From IMG/VR virus record IMGVR_UViG_3300045988_089796: 36,074 nucleotides of DNA; one strand, given 5' to 3'. Under the pieces are notes generated by a model. It was not told the origin of the DNA. It made no database searches and was given only the letters and a program-made list of their open reading frames with translations. The position numbers and the translations under genes are program-made. This document shows positions 1 to 8,313 of this stretch, piece after piece. The DNA is from a virus. Each line of letters starts with the position of its first letter. Within the stretch, counting starts at the first letter, position 1.

Positions 1-55
1 TGTCGTGGATTTCAATTGAGCCATCCTCACGCTTTCGCATTAAGAATACGTGTCC
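1..55. repeat. Terminal 55-bp exact direct repeat, copy 1. This is an assembly overlap, so the molecule is circular or circularly permuted with a unique length of about 36,019 bp.
   Basis: Bases 1-55 (tgtcgtggatttcaattgagccatcctcacgc...gtgtcc) are identical to 36020-36074. An ORF reads through the junction without a stop. Confidence 0.9.
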
Positions 56-280
56 ATCTTCTGTATACTGACCTCTTGAAAATCCCAAAAATCCAATCAC
101 CCAAATACCCACTGGTGCATGCCCAGTATTTATCCTACCCGCGTTCAGTTCGTTTAAGTAAGCTGTTTGAGCATTCGGCGAACGTGCGAGTGAGTTAATC
201 GCGTCATCTACATACTGTAAGCACCAGCCGCTTCTCGCTCCGATATTTAGATTTGGTTCATAGATTTGTCGTACTGGCAT
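1..280 (-). CDS. Endolysin, 5' segment encoding the N-terminal CHAP/NlpC-P60-like cysteine peptidase domain. The gene continues at 36019 once the contig is circularised.
   Basis: The ATG at 280-278 follows a GAGGAGG RBS and overlaps the upstream stop (TAATG). The translation is MPVRQIYEPNLNIGARSGWCLQYVDDAINS...VGIWVIGFLGFSRGQYTEDGHVFLMRKREDGSIEIHD. It is in frame with ORF 34584..36059 through the 55-bp overlap. The Cys (GWCLQY) and His (DGHVFL) arrangement is CHAP-like. Confidence 0.7.
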   Translation of the reverse strand, partial: MPVRQIYEPNLNIGARSGWCLQYVDDAINSLARSPNAQTAYLNELNAGRINTGHAPVGIWVIGFLGFSRGQYTEDGHVFLMRKREDGSIEIHD

Positions 281-651
281 TATTTCCTCCTCACTTGTGT
301 TTGAACTTCTTCCTTTAATTCTGTAACTGTCTTATTCTGTTGAATTAAGTTGTTAGTTGCGTAAATTGCTAATCCTACAAGTGCGATTGCGAATAATTTC
401 GCTAAGTTGCTTGTTACAAGGCTCCAAAAATTCATCACACCCTCGATTTCGCTACGCTTGACGTACTTTACTTCTGATTCTTTTTCGTGCGCTGCCAATT
501 GCGCTTGAGTAACATTCGCCCGTGCTATATTCTCAATTCGCTCTAAGGTTATAGTGTGTTTATCCACGCCCTCTTTAATATGCTCAACGTTCGCCTGCAA
601 GGCTCCGAATTCTTTTGCTGATACTTCTGGCTGTTCGTTGTTTTTGTCCAT
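280..651 (-). CDS. XhlA-like lysis-associated membrane protein
   Basis: 123 aa. It has an N-terminal coiled coil (ANVEHIKEGVDKHTITLERIENI) and one C-terminal TM helix (LFAIALVGLAIYATNNL). It lies directly upstream of the endolysin. The architecture matches the XhlA family. Confidence 0.55.
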   Translation of the reverse strand: MDKNNEQPEVSAKEFGALQANVEHIKEGVDKHTITLERIENIARANVTQAQLAAHEKESEVKYVKRSEIEGVMNFWSLVTSNLAKLFAIALVGLAIYATNNLIQQNKTVTELKEEVQTQVRRK

Positions 652-705
652 AACTACCTCTTTTTTATTTTGATGTCTCTTTTAGCTATTCTAATATAAA
701 ACCGC

Positions 706-1095
706 TTGAATATACAGTCGTGCAATATTGATTTTACGACTATACCAGGCAATAAATATAGTGCTGAAGAGCAAGATACAGGTCAAAAATGGCTCGACGG
801 TCGCCCTATCTATCGTAAAGTCGTGCGTGGCACTGTGAACATGACTGGCAACAGCACATCGAGGCTCGCTCATGGTATTCAAGGCTTAACTAGTAGATGG
901 GAACTAATAAAATATTATGGCAATATGCGGCTTGGCGGTACTTTATCAAACAATCCTGTAAAACAGGCACTGCCTTATATTGAGAACACGCATCAGTCGG
1001 GAATTACGTCAATAGACGAGACTACTGTAACAATATCAGGCAGTTATCCTTGGGGTAATTCAGAGGTTAGTCTTGTACTAGAATATGTTAAATAA
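706..1095 (+). CDS. Silent alternative tail-fibre C-terminal cassette in inverted orientation. It has no ATG and no RBS.
   Basis: This is the only credible plus-strand ORF. Its frame opens at 700 after a TAA, the first possible start is a TTG, and no SD is present. Residues CNIDFTTIP repeat the DNIDFTTMP of the minus-strand tail fibre at the nucleotide level. The body carries a tail-fibre-tip-like motif (EEQDTGQKWLDGRPIYRKVV). Its stop at 1093-1095 lies 1 nt from the convergent tail-fibre stop at 1097-1099. Confidence 0.6.
   Translation: MNIQSCNIDFTTIPGNKYSAEEQDTGQKWLDGRPIYRKVVRGTVNMTGNSTSRLAHGIQGLTSRWELIKYYGNMRLGGTLSNNPVKQALPYIENTHQSGITSIDETTVTISGSYPWGNSEVSLVLEYVK
723..743. repeat. Left inverted repeat of the putative invertible tail-fibre segment
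   Basis: caatattgattttacgactat is the perfect reverse complement of 1452..1472. It occupies the same codon phase in ORF 706..1095 as its partner does in the tail-fibre gene. Confidence 0.85.
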
Positions 1096-1096
1096 C

Positions 1097-2056
1097 CTAG
1101 CCTATAGCTATCCAGTTCACATAATACGTTCCCAAAAGTGGCGCGCCGTCGAAACGTCGACATCTAGCCGTAAAGCCTGAGTTTGTAACACCTACCGCAC
1201 TAAAAGCACATCCACCCCAGGATGAATTCGGGGTATCTGTCCACCCGTCGCCAGGTTGACCATATCCGCCAAAGCTACAGACCACAGTCGGGATTGTACC
1301 TGACGTGAATGATTCTGGAAAAGTGATTTGAGCCGTAGCCTCAAGTGTAGCCACTGGAGCATTTAGCATAGCCACACCACACTGGATTTTCACAGGTTTA
1401 TCGCCGACCGTTCTGTTATTGCGCTGTATCTTAGTGTTTTCAGATATCGGCATAGTCGTAAAATCAATATTGTCAGCCTTTATTGTTGTCTGAGCAATTT
1501 TGCTTCCACTTACTGAGCCGTTCTCTAAATAATCACCGTTGAACGGCAAGCCTACCATTTTTCTCATGTCCATAATCGACGTCTGAGCAAGCGATGTAGC
1601 GTTAGCGTTTATTCGAACTCGACCAAAAACGATGTAAGGGTTAGTCGCTCCCACGCCAGACTGAATGACTGAGGCAGGTGGGTCTTGTGGTGAGGCGGCA
1701 GGTGTACCCGCAATCTCTTTAATTTTGAAAATGCCGTTGGTGTTGTCTATCACTGTAGTTGTTGGTGAGACGGATTTGTCTATATAGCCTACAATCAGAG
1801 AGTTCCGCGGTAAAGACGGTGAGGCTGCGGCTAAAGTTATGACCTCGTCTGTATCTGCTTGAACCATATGTCCGTAACCAAGCCCAGTGTCGATGTTGGC
1901 TGTGCCAGCTTTTACGACCACTTTAAGCCCCGTTCCGCCTGGGGCTACAATATTCAACCCGTTTGCAACTGACGTGCCATACAGGGCGTTTATAAAGGCT
2001 GAGAGGGCGGCTTGTGAGTGTCTGCCCCCGTTCATATTGAAAACTTTTTTTGTCAT
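1097..2056 (-). CDS. Tail fibre / receptor-binding protein. The C-terminus currently expressed is H-type-lectin-like.
   Basis: 319 aa with an AAGGAGAA RBS. It is the last structural gene before the lysis genes. The C-terminus (QITFPESFTSGTIPTVV...VGVTNSGFTARCRRF...YYVNWIAIG) has an H-type lectin-like pattern. The constant N-terminal part ends at the DNIDFTT repeat. Confidence 0.65.
   Translation of the reverse strand: MTKKVFNMNGGRHSQAALSAFINALYGTSVANGLNIVAPGGTGLKVVVKAGTANIDTGLGYGHMVQADTDEVITLAAASPSLPRNSLIVGYIDKSVSPTTTVIDNTNGIFKIKEIAGTPAASPQDPPASVIQSGVGATNPYIVFGRVRINANATSLAQTSIMDMRKMVGLPFNGDYLENGSVSGSKIAQTTIKADNIDFTTMPISENTKIQRNNRTVGDKPVKIQCGVAMLNAPVATLEATAQITFPESFTSGTIPTVVCSFGGYGQPGDGWTDTPNSSWGGCAFSAVGVTNSGFTARCRRFDGAPLLGTYYVNWIAIG
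1452..1472. repeat. Right inverted repeat of the putative invertible tail-fibre segment
   Basis: atagtcgtaaaatcaatattg is the reverse complement of 723..743. It encodes (D)NIDFTT(M) inside tail-fibre gene 1097..2056. Confidence 0.85.
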
Positions 2057-2077
2057 TTTAATTCTCCTTTTCTTTTA

Positions 2078-2524
2078 TCATACCAACGTCAAGCTACCCT
2101 TTCCAGTAGACAAAGCGTAAAACTTTATTCTGTATGTTTCTTGCCTATCTCCCGCCGACAGTCTAAGTTTCACGGAAAAGTCTTGGTATTTTTCTGAAGT
2201 TGGGGGCTTCCTAAAAATGCGAATGTCTGGAGTCGGTGGGTACTGTGCTGAGGTTTTGACTTCGTGATGTTCAGCGATTTTGAAGCAAGCTGGTTGCTTT
2301 CCGTCTCTTGTTTTTTCGGGCGTGAACCTAGCCGTGTAGTTGTACTCTTGCTCAAGCGCGTTAGCTGGCAAGGTGATTTCTACGTCCCAAACTTTCTCTG
2401 TTTGAGACTTAAAAGTTTTGACTGCGTCTGAGCCTACAATCTGATTACCTTTTAGCTCGTTGAAGTCCGTCTCAAGTTCTCGAATTATCGAGATTAGGTC
2501 ATTGTCTTCGCTTAATCTACTCAT
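2078..2524 (-). CDS. Distal-tail/baseplate-associated protein, paralog 3 of 3
   Basis: I place the start at MSRLSEDNDLISIIRELETDFNELKGNQIVGSDAVKTF (ATG at 2524), 2 nt after the upstream stop. The N-terminal helix is homologous to that of 2527..2961. Confidence 0.55.
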   Translation of the reverse strand: MSRLSEDNDLISIIRELETDFNELKGNQIVGSDAVKTFKSQTEKVWDVEITLPANALEQEYNYTARFTPEKTRDGKQPACFKIAEHHEVKTSAQYPPTPDIRIFRKPPTSEKYQDFSVKLRLSAGDRQETYRIKFYALSTGKGSLTLV

Positions 2525-2526
2525 CC

Positions 2527-2961
2527 TCAATACCTCTCTGCTCTTATTGTAACAGGGGCGTTGGCAATCACCGTAGCTCTGATGTTGAACGTATAGCCTG
2601 TAGCTTGATTTCCGAAAACAGGCACGAACCAAGCCATAAAGTCCGCACCGTATCTTGTAGGGTCAAGCGGGAATGAGAACGGGGCAGAGTCTAACTCCAT
2701 AGCTCTGTCAATCTCAACCACCATATCTGCCACTAGGTCTATCCCCTCGGATTGAACGTAAAATATGACAGCTCCCCACTTACTGCCTGGAATTTGTCCG
2801 TTCTTGTCGCACGTGATAGAGATATCCCAGGGCTTACCTGATGTTTGCGGATAAGTCATAATCTGATTTGAGCCTATAAATTGACGGCTTTTCAGCTCGT
2901 TCCTTTCTCTCTGCAAGATGTGGATACGTTCTATCAAACTGTTGTCGTCTCTGTAAATCAT
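2527..2961 (-). CDS. Distal-tail/baseplate-associated protein, paralog 2 of 3
   Basis: 144 aa. Its N-terminus (SLIERIHILQRERNELKSRQFIGSNQIMTYPQTSGKPWDISIT) aligns with paralog 3 (SIIRELETDFNELKGNQIVGSDAVKTFKSQTEKVWDVEIT). Confidence 0.55.
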   Translation of the reverse strand: MIYRDDNSLIERIHILQRERNELKSRQFIGSNQIMTYPQTSGKPWDISITCDKNGQIPGSKWGAVIFYVQSEGIDLVADMVVEIDRAMELDSAPFSFPLDPTRYGADFMAWFVPVFGNQATGYTFNIRATVIANAPVTIRAERY

Positions 2962-2976
2962 TTCTCATATTCCCAT

Positions 2977-3573
2977 CTACGTAATATAGCGATAGCTCTT
3001 TACTAACATTCTCAACTGTCCTTTGTCCGTGCTTCTCACGAAAAATCGGAACTTCAAGCTTATACCTTGTCCTGGTGGTGTTTCCCAGTAAAATGACGAT
3101 TTCCATCTATACACTGGTTTCTGTAAAGAATAATTCGTCAAATCGTTTTGATAATTTAATTCGCTGTTAGCCAGTAGAGAAGCCTGCCCAGTAGAGGCTA
3201 TCATACAAACTCCAAAGTTCGGATTGTAAGACGGTTGCAATCTCGCAGAATTATTCAGCAAGGCATCTAGGTAGGGTATCACAATTGGGCAGTCTTGATT
3301 TAATGGTCGAAATTCACACGTAACGTCTAAGTTGTTGAGTGCACCTACCATTGAAGTCGGGGGCAGGTTCACGGTGTCGGTGGTAGTTACTACCCCGTTG
3401 TAATCCGTGTACTCGAAAGACTGCCAGTCCGTACTTTTAGGATTTAAGTATGTTTTCACGCCCGATTTATTAGAGGTAGGTTGAGGTGTAAGTTTGAGGT
3501 CTATCAATTTAGCCTCCAGGTTGGCAATTCGCCTCTGTAGGTGCATTTCCTGCATGTCGTTTAATCTGTTCAT
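2977..3573 (-). CDS. Distal-tail/baseplate-associated protein, paralog 1 of 3 (more divergent)
   Basis: 198 aa. It has an N-terminal coiled coil (LQRRIANLEAKLIDLKL) followed by a beta-rich body, the same layout as the two downstream genes. It lies directly after Tal. Confidence 0.5.
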   Translation of the reverse strand: MNRLNDMQEMHLQRRIANLEAKLIDLKLTPQPTSNKSGVKTYLNPKSTDWQSFEYTDYNGVVTTTDTVNLPPTSMVGALNNLDVTCEFRPLNQDCPIVIPYLDALLNNSARLQPSYNPNFGVCMIASTGQASLLANSELNYQNDLTNYSLQKPVYRWKSSFYWETPPGQGISLKFRFFVRSTDKGQLRMLVKSYRYIT

Positions 3574-3581
3574 AGCCCTTG

Positions 3582-4664
3582 TTACCCCTCCTCTTGCTGA
3601 GCCACAATGTTGTCGATGTTGATATCGTCAAAAGTGATATCGACTGTCTCTGCGTCGTTATTGTCGACTGAACACTCGATTTTCTCAATCCTGTAATAGC
3701 CTTTGATGTGAGACAAAGACTTGAACCCGCCCAGCTCGGCGTAAACGGTATCACCTACTCCTACATCATTTAAGTCTAGTATTCCATCGTGAACTGTAAA
3801 CGACGGAAGCTCTCGCGGGTCTTTAGTAGCTTGAAGAACTCCGTTTACATTTTCCTGTAAGGTGGATAATCTTTCAACTGAGTTGTAAGTAACGACTTTC
3901 TCCCGACGGTAGAACTGTTGCATAGAGTGATAATCGCGTGAAAACGCTTGTACAGCGTCGTCTCCGTTTCCCGAACCAAATCCTTGTATATAGTTGAAAA
4001 GCACGTCTCCGCGTCTCTCAAACGTAAATGAGTCTACATTTTCGGGGTAGACTAATCGAATATCTGGGCGGTAGTTTCCCAAAGCCTCATATGAATGAAA
4101 AGTCTTGTCAGCGTCGAACTTAATGTCAGGTCCTTTAATCACGTTGGTCATCTGCTGGATAAAGTCCTTGACGTTTTTCTTGGTGAAGTGTCGGTCGCGC
4201 TTCATTCCCTGAGCTATGTTTCCCTTTTTAATTCCGAAATTGCTCCCCGTTTTCGCTTGCACCTGGTCAATCACGCCCCAGAGAATATCGCCCTGCCAAG
4301 TATTGTCGTAATCAATCGTTAGATACTGGTCTTTCAGATAATTCAAGTATCCAGTGCAACTCACGGTCAGTTTCACGGAAGCTCCATCTGGTGAATATCC
4401 AAACTTGATGATGTTAGCTCCGAATAAATACTTGCCCTCTCGCTTTACCCTGATATCTGTTGACAGAATGTCCATGAACGAAAAGGGGTTAGCTATCACC
4501 CCAATCTTCTCTATGTACTGCTCGTATTCGTATAAGTCCATCTCGAACTCCAGCGTCTCGTGAGCGTTTCTCTGCATTGTCCACTTCACGTTAGAACAAA
4601 GGTGGCGAATATCTCCTAACAAGACACCGTTCTTACTCCAAACTTCGATTTCATACCTGCTCAT
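3582..4664 (-). CDS. Tail-associated protein Tal (prophage tail endopeptidase-type baseplate hub)
   Basis: 360 aa. It holds the position after Dit. The N-terminus (MSRYEIEVWSKNGVLLGDIRHLCSNVKWTMQRNAHETLEFEM) is typical of siphophage Tal N-terminal domains. Confidence 0.65.
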   Translation of the reverse strand: MSRYEIEVWSKNGVLLGDIRHLCSNVKWTMQRNAHETLEFEMDLYEYEQYIEKIGVIANPFSFMDILSTDIRVKREGKYLFGANIIKFGYSPDGASVKLTVSCTGYLNYLKDQYLTIDYDNTWQGDILWGVIDQVQAKTGSNFGIKKGNIAQGMKRDRHFTKKNVKDFIQQMTNVIKGPDIKFDADKTFHSYEALGNYRPDIRLVYPENVDSFTFERRGDVLFNYIQGFGSGNGDDAVQAFSRDYHSMQQFYRREKVVTYNSVERLSTLQENVNGVLQATKDPRELPSFTVHDGILDLNDVGVGDTVYAELGGFKSLSHIKGYYRIEKIECSVDNNDAETVDITFDDINIDNIVAQQEEG

Positions 4665-4665
4665 C

Positions 4666-5493
4666 TTAAATACCTAAGAACCCTGACTGGTATCGAACCT
4701 CAGCTTTTGAATTCTCTGAAGCTATATCGCTTTGTATTTCCATAACGTTCACTCCTGGGATAAGACCGAAGAATGTCGAACCGTCGCGCTGTAATGAATA
4801 GACATTTAAGCCGTTGTGAGTGATAGTCTTGTTCCGCATGTCGATTATCAGTTTATCGCCCTCAAGTACTGTAGTCATCACTTGCATAAACTCGTTAGTG
4901 GCTCGATTGATGAGTTTCGGGTTAGTAGCTAGTGTACTGATAGTGATAATTGGGTAGACTGTCTCATTCCCTGAGTTAGTTACGACTGACGGCTCACCCC
5001 CAGCTGAGATGTTGAAAGGTATATCAAAGGGTATATCAAAACCGCCATCCATAACCTTGCCTACCGTTGCTAATAATTCCCCAGCTGAGTTGTCATAAAA
5101 GAGAGGGTCTTCAGACAGTAAATCAATCTTCCACTTCACTATATTCAGTTCACGGTTGATAGGCATTTGGTTAGCCATAACGAACACTTCAGTTATGAAC
5201 TCCATTCCCGCGTAGGTGATGATACGAAGCTTCAATTTTTTCCTCTGTAACACGCTCACAAGCTCTCTACGCTTGTTTTCCACGTCAATTGGTTCACCAC
5301 CAAAGATACGACCCTGGAAGCTGATATAGCGCCCCTCATACAGTTGTCGCGACACCCACGAACCATCTCTACCCTGATTTACGCCAGTTGCTGAGCGAAT
5401 ATTCGGCAATCCAGACACGCCCTCGATTGGCTCGTCCAGATACATAAGGTTCTCTGCGCTGTTTAGTTCAAAATCATCTAAATATACTCTCAT
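4666..5493 (-). CDS. Distal tail protein Dit (siphovirus tail component)
   Basis: 275 aa, immediately downstream of the tape measure. The Dit-like N-terminus is MRVYLDDFELN...GVSGLPNIRSATGVNQGRDGSWV. Confidence 0.65.
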   Translation of the reverse strand: MRVYLDDFELNSAENLMYLDEPIEGVSGLPNIRSATGVNQGRDGSWVSRQLYEGRYISFQGRIFGGEPIDVENKRRELVSVLQRKKLKLRIITYAGMEFITEVFVMANQMPINRELNIVKWKIDLLSEDPLFYDNSAGELLATVGKVMDGGFDIPFDIPFNISAGGEPSVVTNSGNETVYPIITISTLATNPKLINRATNEFMQVMTTVLEGDKLIIDMRNKTITHNGLNVYSLQRDGSTFFGLIPGVNVMEIQSDIASENSKAEVRYQSGFLGI

Positions 5494-5503
5494 CTTTCCC
5501 TCC

Positions 5504-8020
5504 TTATGCTTGGCTCACTAGATATCCAATTCTCGACGCCAGTTGATACGCGTCTGTGTCTTTGTAAATCTTAGCGTCAATATTGATGTTGATGTTGCCT
5601 CTCTCTCGATTTTCTTTCAGGTAGTTTTCAGTCCTCTGTGCTGGCATAACCTTAGCCCCTCTTGGCAGAGTAACCATCTCAGGTCCGTTCTCACCAACCA
5701 GATATCTACCACCCTCGGCGTGTTCTGTACCCTTTGCTAATCGTCCAAAATGAACTTCTGGTACTTTCGGAATGTGAACCCCTGGGATGTTGTTGATGAT
5801 ACCAGCTGCTCCGTTGATTAAACCGATAAAGAAGTTGATACTTTTCTCTGCTCCGCTAATGATACCGTTCACGACACTCTTAACAGCTCCACCTATCGCG
5901 TTTCCGACGGCTGTACCTATTGTTGTGAACTTATTTACAATCGTATTCCACATGTCCTGGAAGAATTGTCCCACGGGCGCGAACACTTTCTTTACGTTTT
6001 CCCAGGCTTCTCTGAACCTATCTCCGAACCACGTGCTGACTGTTTGGAAGACACCAACCACCTTATTCCAGACTTCACCAAAGAACCCAGCTGCCGCGTT
6101 CCAGGTGTCGCAAATGGCAGTCCAAGCCTCCTTAAATCTGTCTCCGAACCACGTGCTGACTGTCGTGAATATTTCGACTATGCCATTCCACACACCCTGG
6201 AAGAACTCGACTACCGCATTCCAAACTGTCTTTATGCCCTCCCAAGCGTCATTGAACCTATCGCTAAACCATTGAACTACAGGTGTGAATACCTCGACAA
6301 TTTTATTCCAGAGACCGACGAAGAAATCACCTACCGCAGTTGCTATGGTGTTGAAAAACGCCTTTATTTCGTCCCAGTGTTGAATAATCAAACCAAGGAT
6401 GAGTGAGAATGGCCAGAATATCACCGCCAGTACTGTCAGTCCCCATTCTTTGAACCAGTTCACGACTTTATTGAACACATCTTTGACACCAGTCCAGACG
6501 TCTCCGAACCATTTCTTAATTCCGTCCCACAAATCCTTAAAGAACTTGATTGCGTCGTCCCAGCTCTTCTTGAACCACTTAACAAACTCATCAACGCCTT
6601 TTTTAATTCCGTCCCAGGCACCTATAAAGAAGTTCCTGAACCCCTCGACGTTATTCCAAAGCCAAATAAACCCAGCGACTAAGGCTGTAACGGCGATGAT
6701 TGTCGCACCTATAGGGTTAGTTGCGAACGCAATTCCCAACTTCACGACCTGGATTGTCGCTTTCTTGACTGCCCCAGCTATCACGCCGAACGCAGTTCCG
6801 ATTTTCGCCGAAGTAACCCCCTGAGACGCACCCTTAATGCCCTCCATGCCCAACTTAAAGCCATCAGCCGCGGTCTGGCAACTCAAAAATGCACCGTGTA
6901 AGCCCTTTATAACGCCTGTAACGACGTTTATAGTCTTGAGACCCAACGCTGCCGCCTTGAACGCCACAAACGCCCCAGCGGCGATTTTAACAGCTAACAC
7001 GACTTTATCGAAGTTCTCACTCAACCATTTCAGAGCGTCAAGTATTTTCGGTATGATTTCCTCTGCCAGTTTCGCCAATTGGTCGCCCAGGTCTTTCATC
7101 GCCTGTTTCATCTCGGGCTTGTTCATCTCTTCAGTCAAACCTCGGATTAAGTTCATCAATCTGTCGCCAGCTCCGCCCTCAATAAACTTGTTCGTGTTTG
7201 CGTCCACACCCAAAATCTGCATACCCAGATTACGAAAAGCAGACTGTACGCGGATTAAAGCACCATCAATGGTGTTAGCTCGCCCCTCCAAGAGACTGTC
7301 TGGCAAGGCTTTATCTAGGGCTTTGAACAATTCTTCACTCGTGATTTTCGTACCACGAAGTGATTTATCTAATCCTATTCCTCGCTCAATCAACATATCG
7401 AATGTCATAGCGTCCAGATTCCCAGTCGCGGAAACGCGTCCAAGGATAGCTGACAATTCTTGGAATGAGGTTTTGCCCAAAGATACACCCTTGGACAGGA
7501 TTTTCACCTTATCGACTAACGTGCTAGTTTCCTGACCGTACATCTTCAAGGTAGAAGCAGCCGCGAATAAGTCCGAACGGTTAAATAGAACTCCAGTGTC
7601 GCTTTTCGCATATTTCACCAAATCCTGCAAGACTTTATTGACGGCGTTCCCATCTTTTTCATAGGCTTTCAGTGCATATGAGGCGTTCTCGACGTTCCTC
7701 ACTTGTTCAAACGCTGCCTTGCCCATCGCCATAAAGCCAACTGAACCCGTAACCGCCACACCTGCTATACCCTTTAAGAATGAACCGACCTTTGAAGCCG
7801 CACCGTCCAGTCCTGTTGTCATTCTCGACAGTCCCGATTGAGTGTTAGTTAGAAAATCACGGAAAGACTTATGAGCATTGCCAGCCGCGACTTGTTGACG
7901 CTTAAAACTCGCCTCAACTTCATTCGTGGCGGATTTAGAGGCAGACGCCAACTTGGCAAAAACCTCTGAAGCGCTGTCCTGTGCTGAGATGATGATTTTA
8001 ACGTTGTTGTTGCTTGCCAT
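5504..8020 (-). CDS. Tape measure protein
   Basis: 838 aa and the longest ORF. It has a helical N-terminus, central TM-like stretches, tandem Trp-rich 40-aa repeats (STWFGDRFKEAW.../STWFGDRFREAW...) and a typical C-terminus (GENGPEMVTLPRGAKVMP). Confidence 0.9.
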   Translation of the reverse strand: MASNNNVKIIISAQDSASEVFAKLASASKSATNEVEASFKRQQVAAGNAHKSFRDFLTNTQSGLSRMTTGLDGAASKVGSFLKGIAGVAVTGSVGFMAMGKAAFEQVRNVENASYALKAYEKDGNAVNKVLQDLVKYAKSDTGVLFNRSDLFAAASTLKMYGQETSTLVDKVKILSKGVSLGKTSFQELSAILGRVSATGNLDAMTFDMLIERGIGLDKSLRGTKITSEELFKALDKALPDSLLEGRANTIDGALIRVQSAFRNLGMQILGVDANTNKFIEGGAGDRLMNLIRGLTEEMNKPEMKQAMKDLGDQLAKLAEEIIPKILDALKWLSENFDKVVLAVKIAAGAFVAFKAAALGLKTINVVTGVIKGLHGAFLSCQTAADGFKLGMEGIKGASQGVTSAKIGTAFGVIAGAVKKATIQVVKLGIAFATNPIGATIIAVTALVAGFIWLWNNVEGFRNFFIGAWDGIKKGVDEFVKWFKKSWDDAIKFFKDLWDGIKKWFGDVWTGVKDVFNKVVNWFKEWGLTVLAVIFWPFSLILGLIIQHWDEIKAFFNTIATAVGDFFVGLWNKIVEVFTPVVQWFSDRFNDAWEGIKTVWNAVVEFFQGVWNGIVEIFTTVSTWFGDRFKEAWTAICDTWNAAAGFFGEVWNKVVGVFQTVSTWFGDRFREAWENVKKVFAPVGQFFQDMWNTIVNKFTTIGTAVGNAIGGAVKSVVNGIISGAEKSINFFIGLINGAAGIINNIPGVHIPKVPEVHFGRLAKGTEHAEGGRYLVGENGPEMVTLPRGAKVMPAQRTENYLKENRERGNININIDAKIYKDTDAYQLASRIGYLVSQA
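5990..6560. repeat. Degenerate tandem repeats of 120 bp (40 aa) inside the tape measure gene
   Basis: The 23-mer tctccgaaccacgtgctgactgt occurs at 6021-6043 and 6141-6163. Degenerate copies follow near 6261 and 6501. Confidence 0.75.
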
Positions 8021-8043
8021 GTTTGTTCTCTTTTTGTTCTCTT

Positions 8044-8313
8044 TTATCGCTGTTTCTGTTCAGCCCTCTTTTGTTCTAGTTTATCACGCTCATCTTGTAG
8101 CTGCCAGATGTACAAAGCTCTCTCAACTTCTTCATAAGGCTCCTCTAAATAGTCATGATACGACAATCCAAGGCGTTCTCGATAGATTACGCCCTGGATT
8201 TCTTGTGCAATTCGCGGTGGGATTTGTGCGTCTCTTAGGATAGCACTTCTGTACCAGCTACGACGCTCGTTGGCTCGGATACGACGCTCTGAGCCGTCGC
8301 TGAAGCTTTTGGG
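8044..8313 (-). CDS. -1 frameshift extension of the tail assembly chaperone (gpGT-like)
   Basis: On the minus strand the slippery site C_CCA_AAA lies at 8313..8307. The -1 frame stays open for 88 codons (SFSDGSERRIRANERRSWYRSAILRDAQIPPRIAQEIQGVIYRERLGLSYHDYLEEPYEEVERALYIWQLQDERDKLEQKRAEQKQR) to a TAA at 8046..8044, 24 nt before the tape measure ATG. Confidence 0.55.
   Translation of the reverse strand, partial: PKSFSDGSERRIRANERRSWYRSAILRDAQIPPRIAQEIQGVIYRERLGLSYHDYLEEPYEEVERALYIWQLQDERDKLEQKRAEQKQR

Larger units (their letters stand above)
723..1472. other. Putative invertible DNA segment acting as a tail-fibre C-terminus (host-range) switch
   Basis: 21-bp perfect inverted repeats bracket two convergent, unrelated C-terminal coding cassettes. 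Recombination within the repeats keeps the frame in both orientations. Confidence 0.55.

Noticed and set aside
1-55. The terminal 55-bp repeat as biological direct terminal repeats or a cos site
   Set aside because: The exact k-mer-sized length, with a coding ORF running through it, is the signature of assembler overlap on a circular path. It gives no information about the physical termini.
2170-3754. Overlapping out-of-frame minus-strand ORFs (2170..2355, 2834..3106, 3509..3754)
   Set aside because: Each lies inside a longer, better-supported structural ORF. They have no SD and show biased, basic, low-complexity composition.
5787-7535. Long plus-strand ORFs (162, 146, 141 and 232 aa) antisense to the tape measure gene
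   Set aside because: They are low-complexity (Pro/Ser/Thr/Asn-rich) mirror-frame ORFs of a long repetitive minus-strand gene. They have no RBS and sit on the wrong strand for a genome coded entirely on the other strand.
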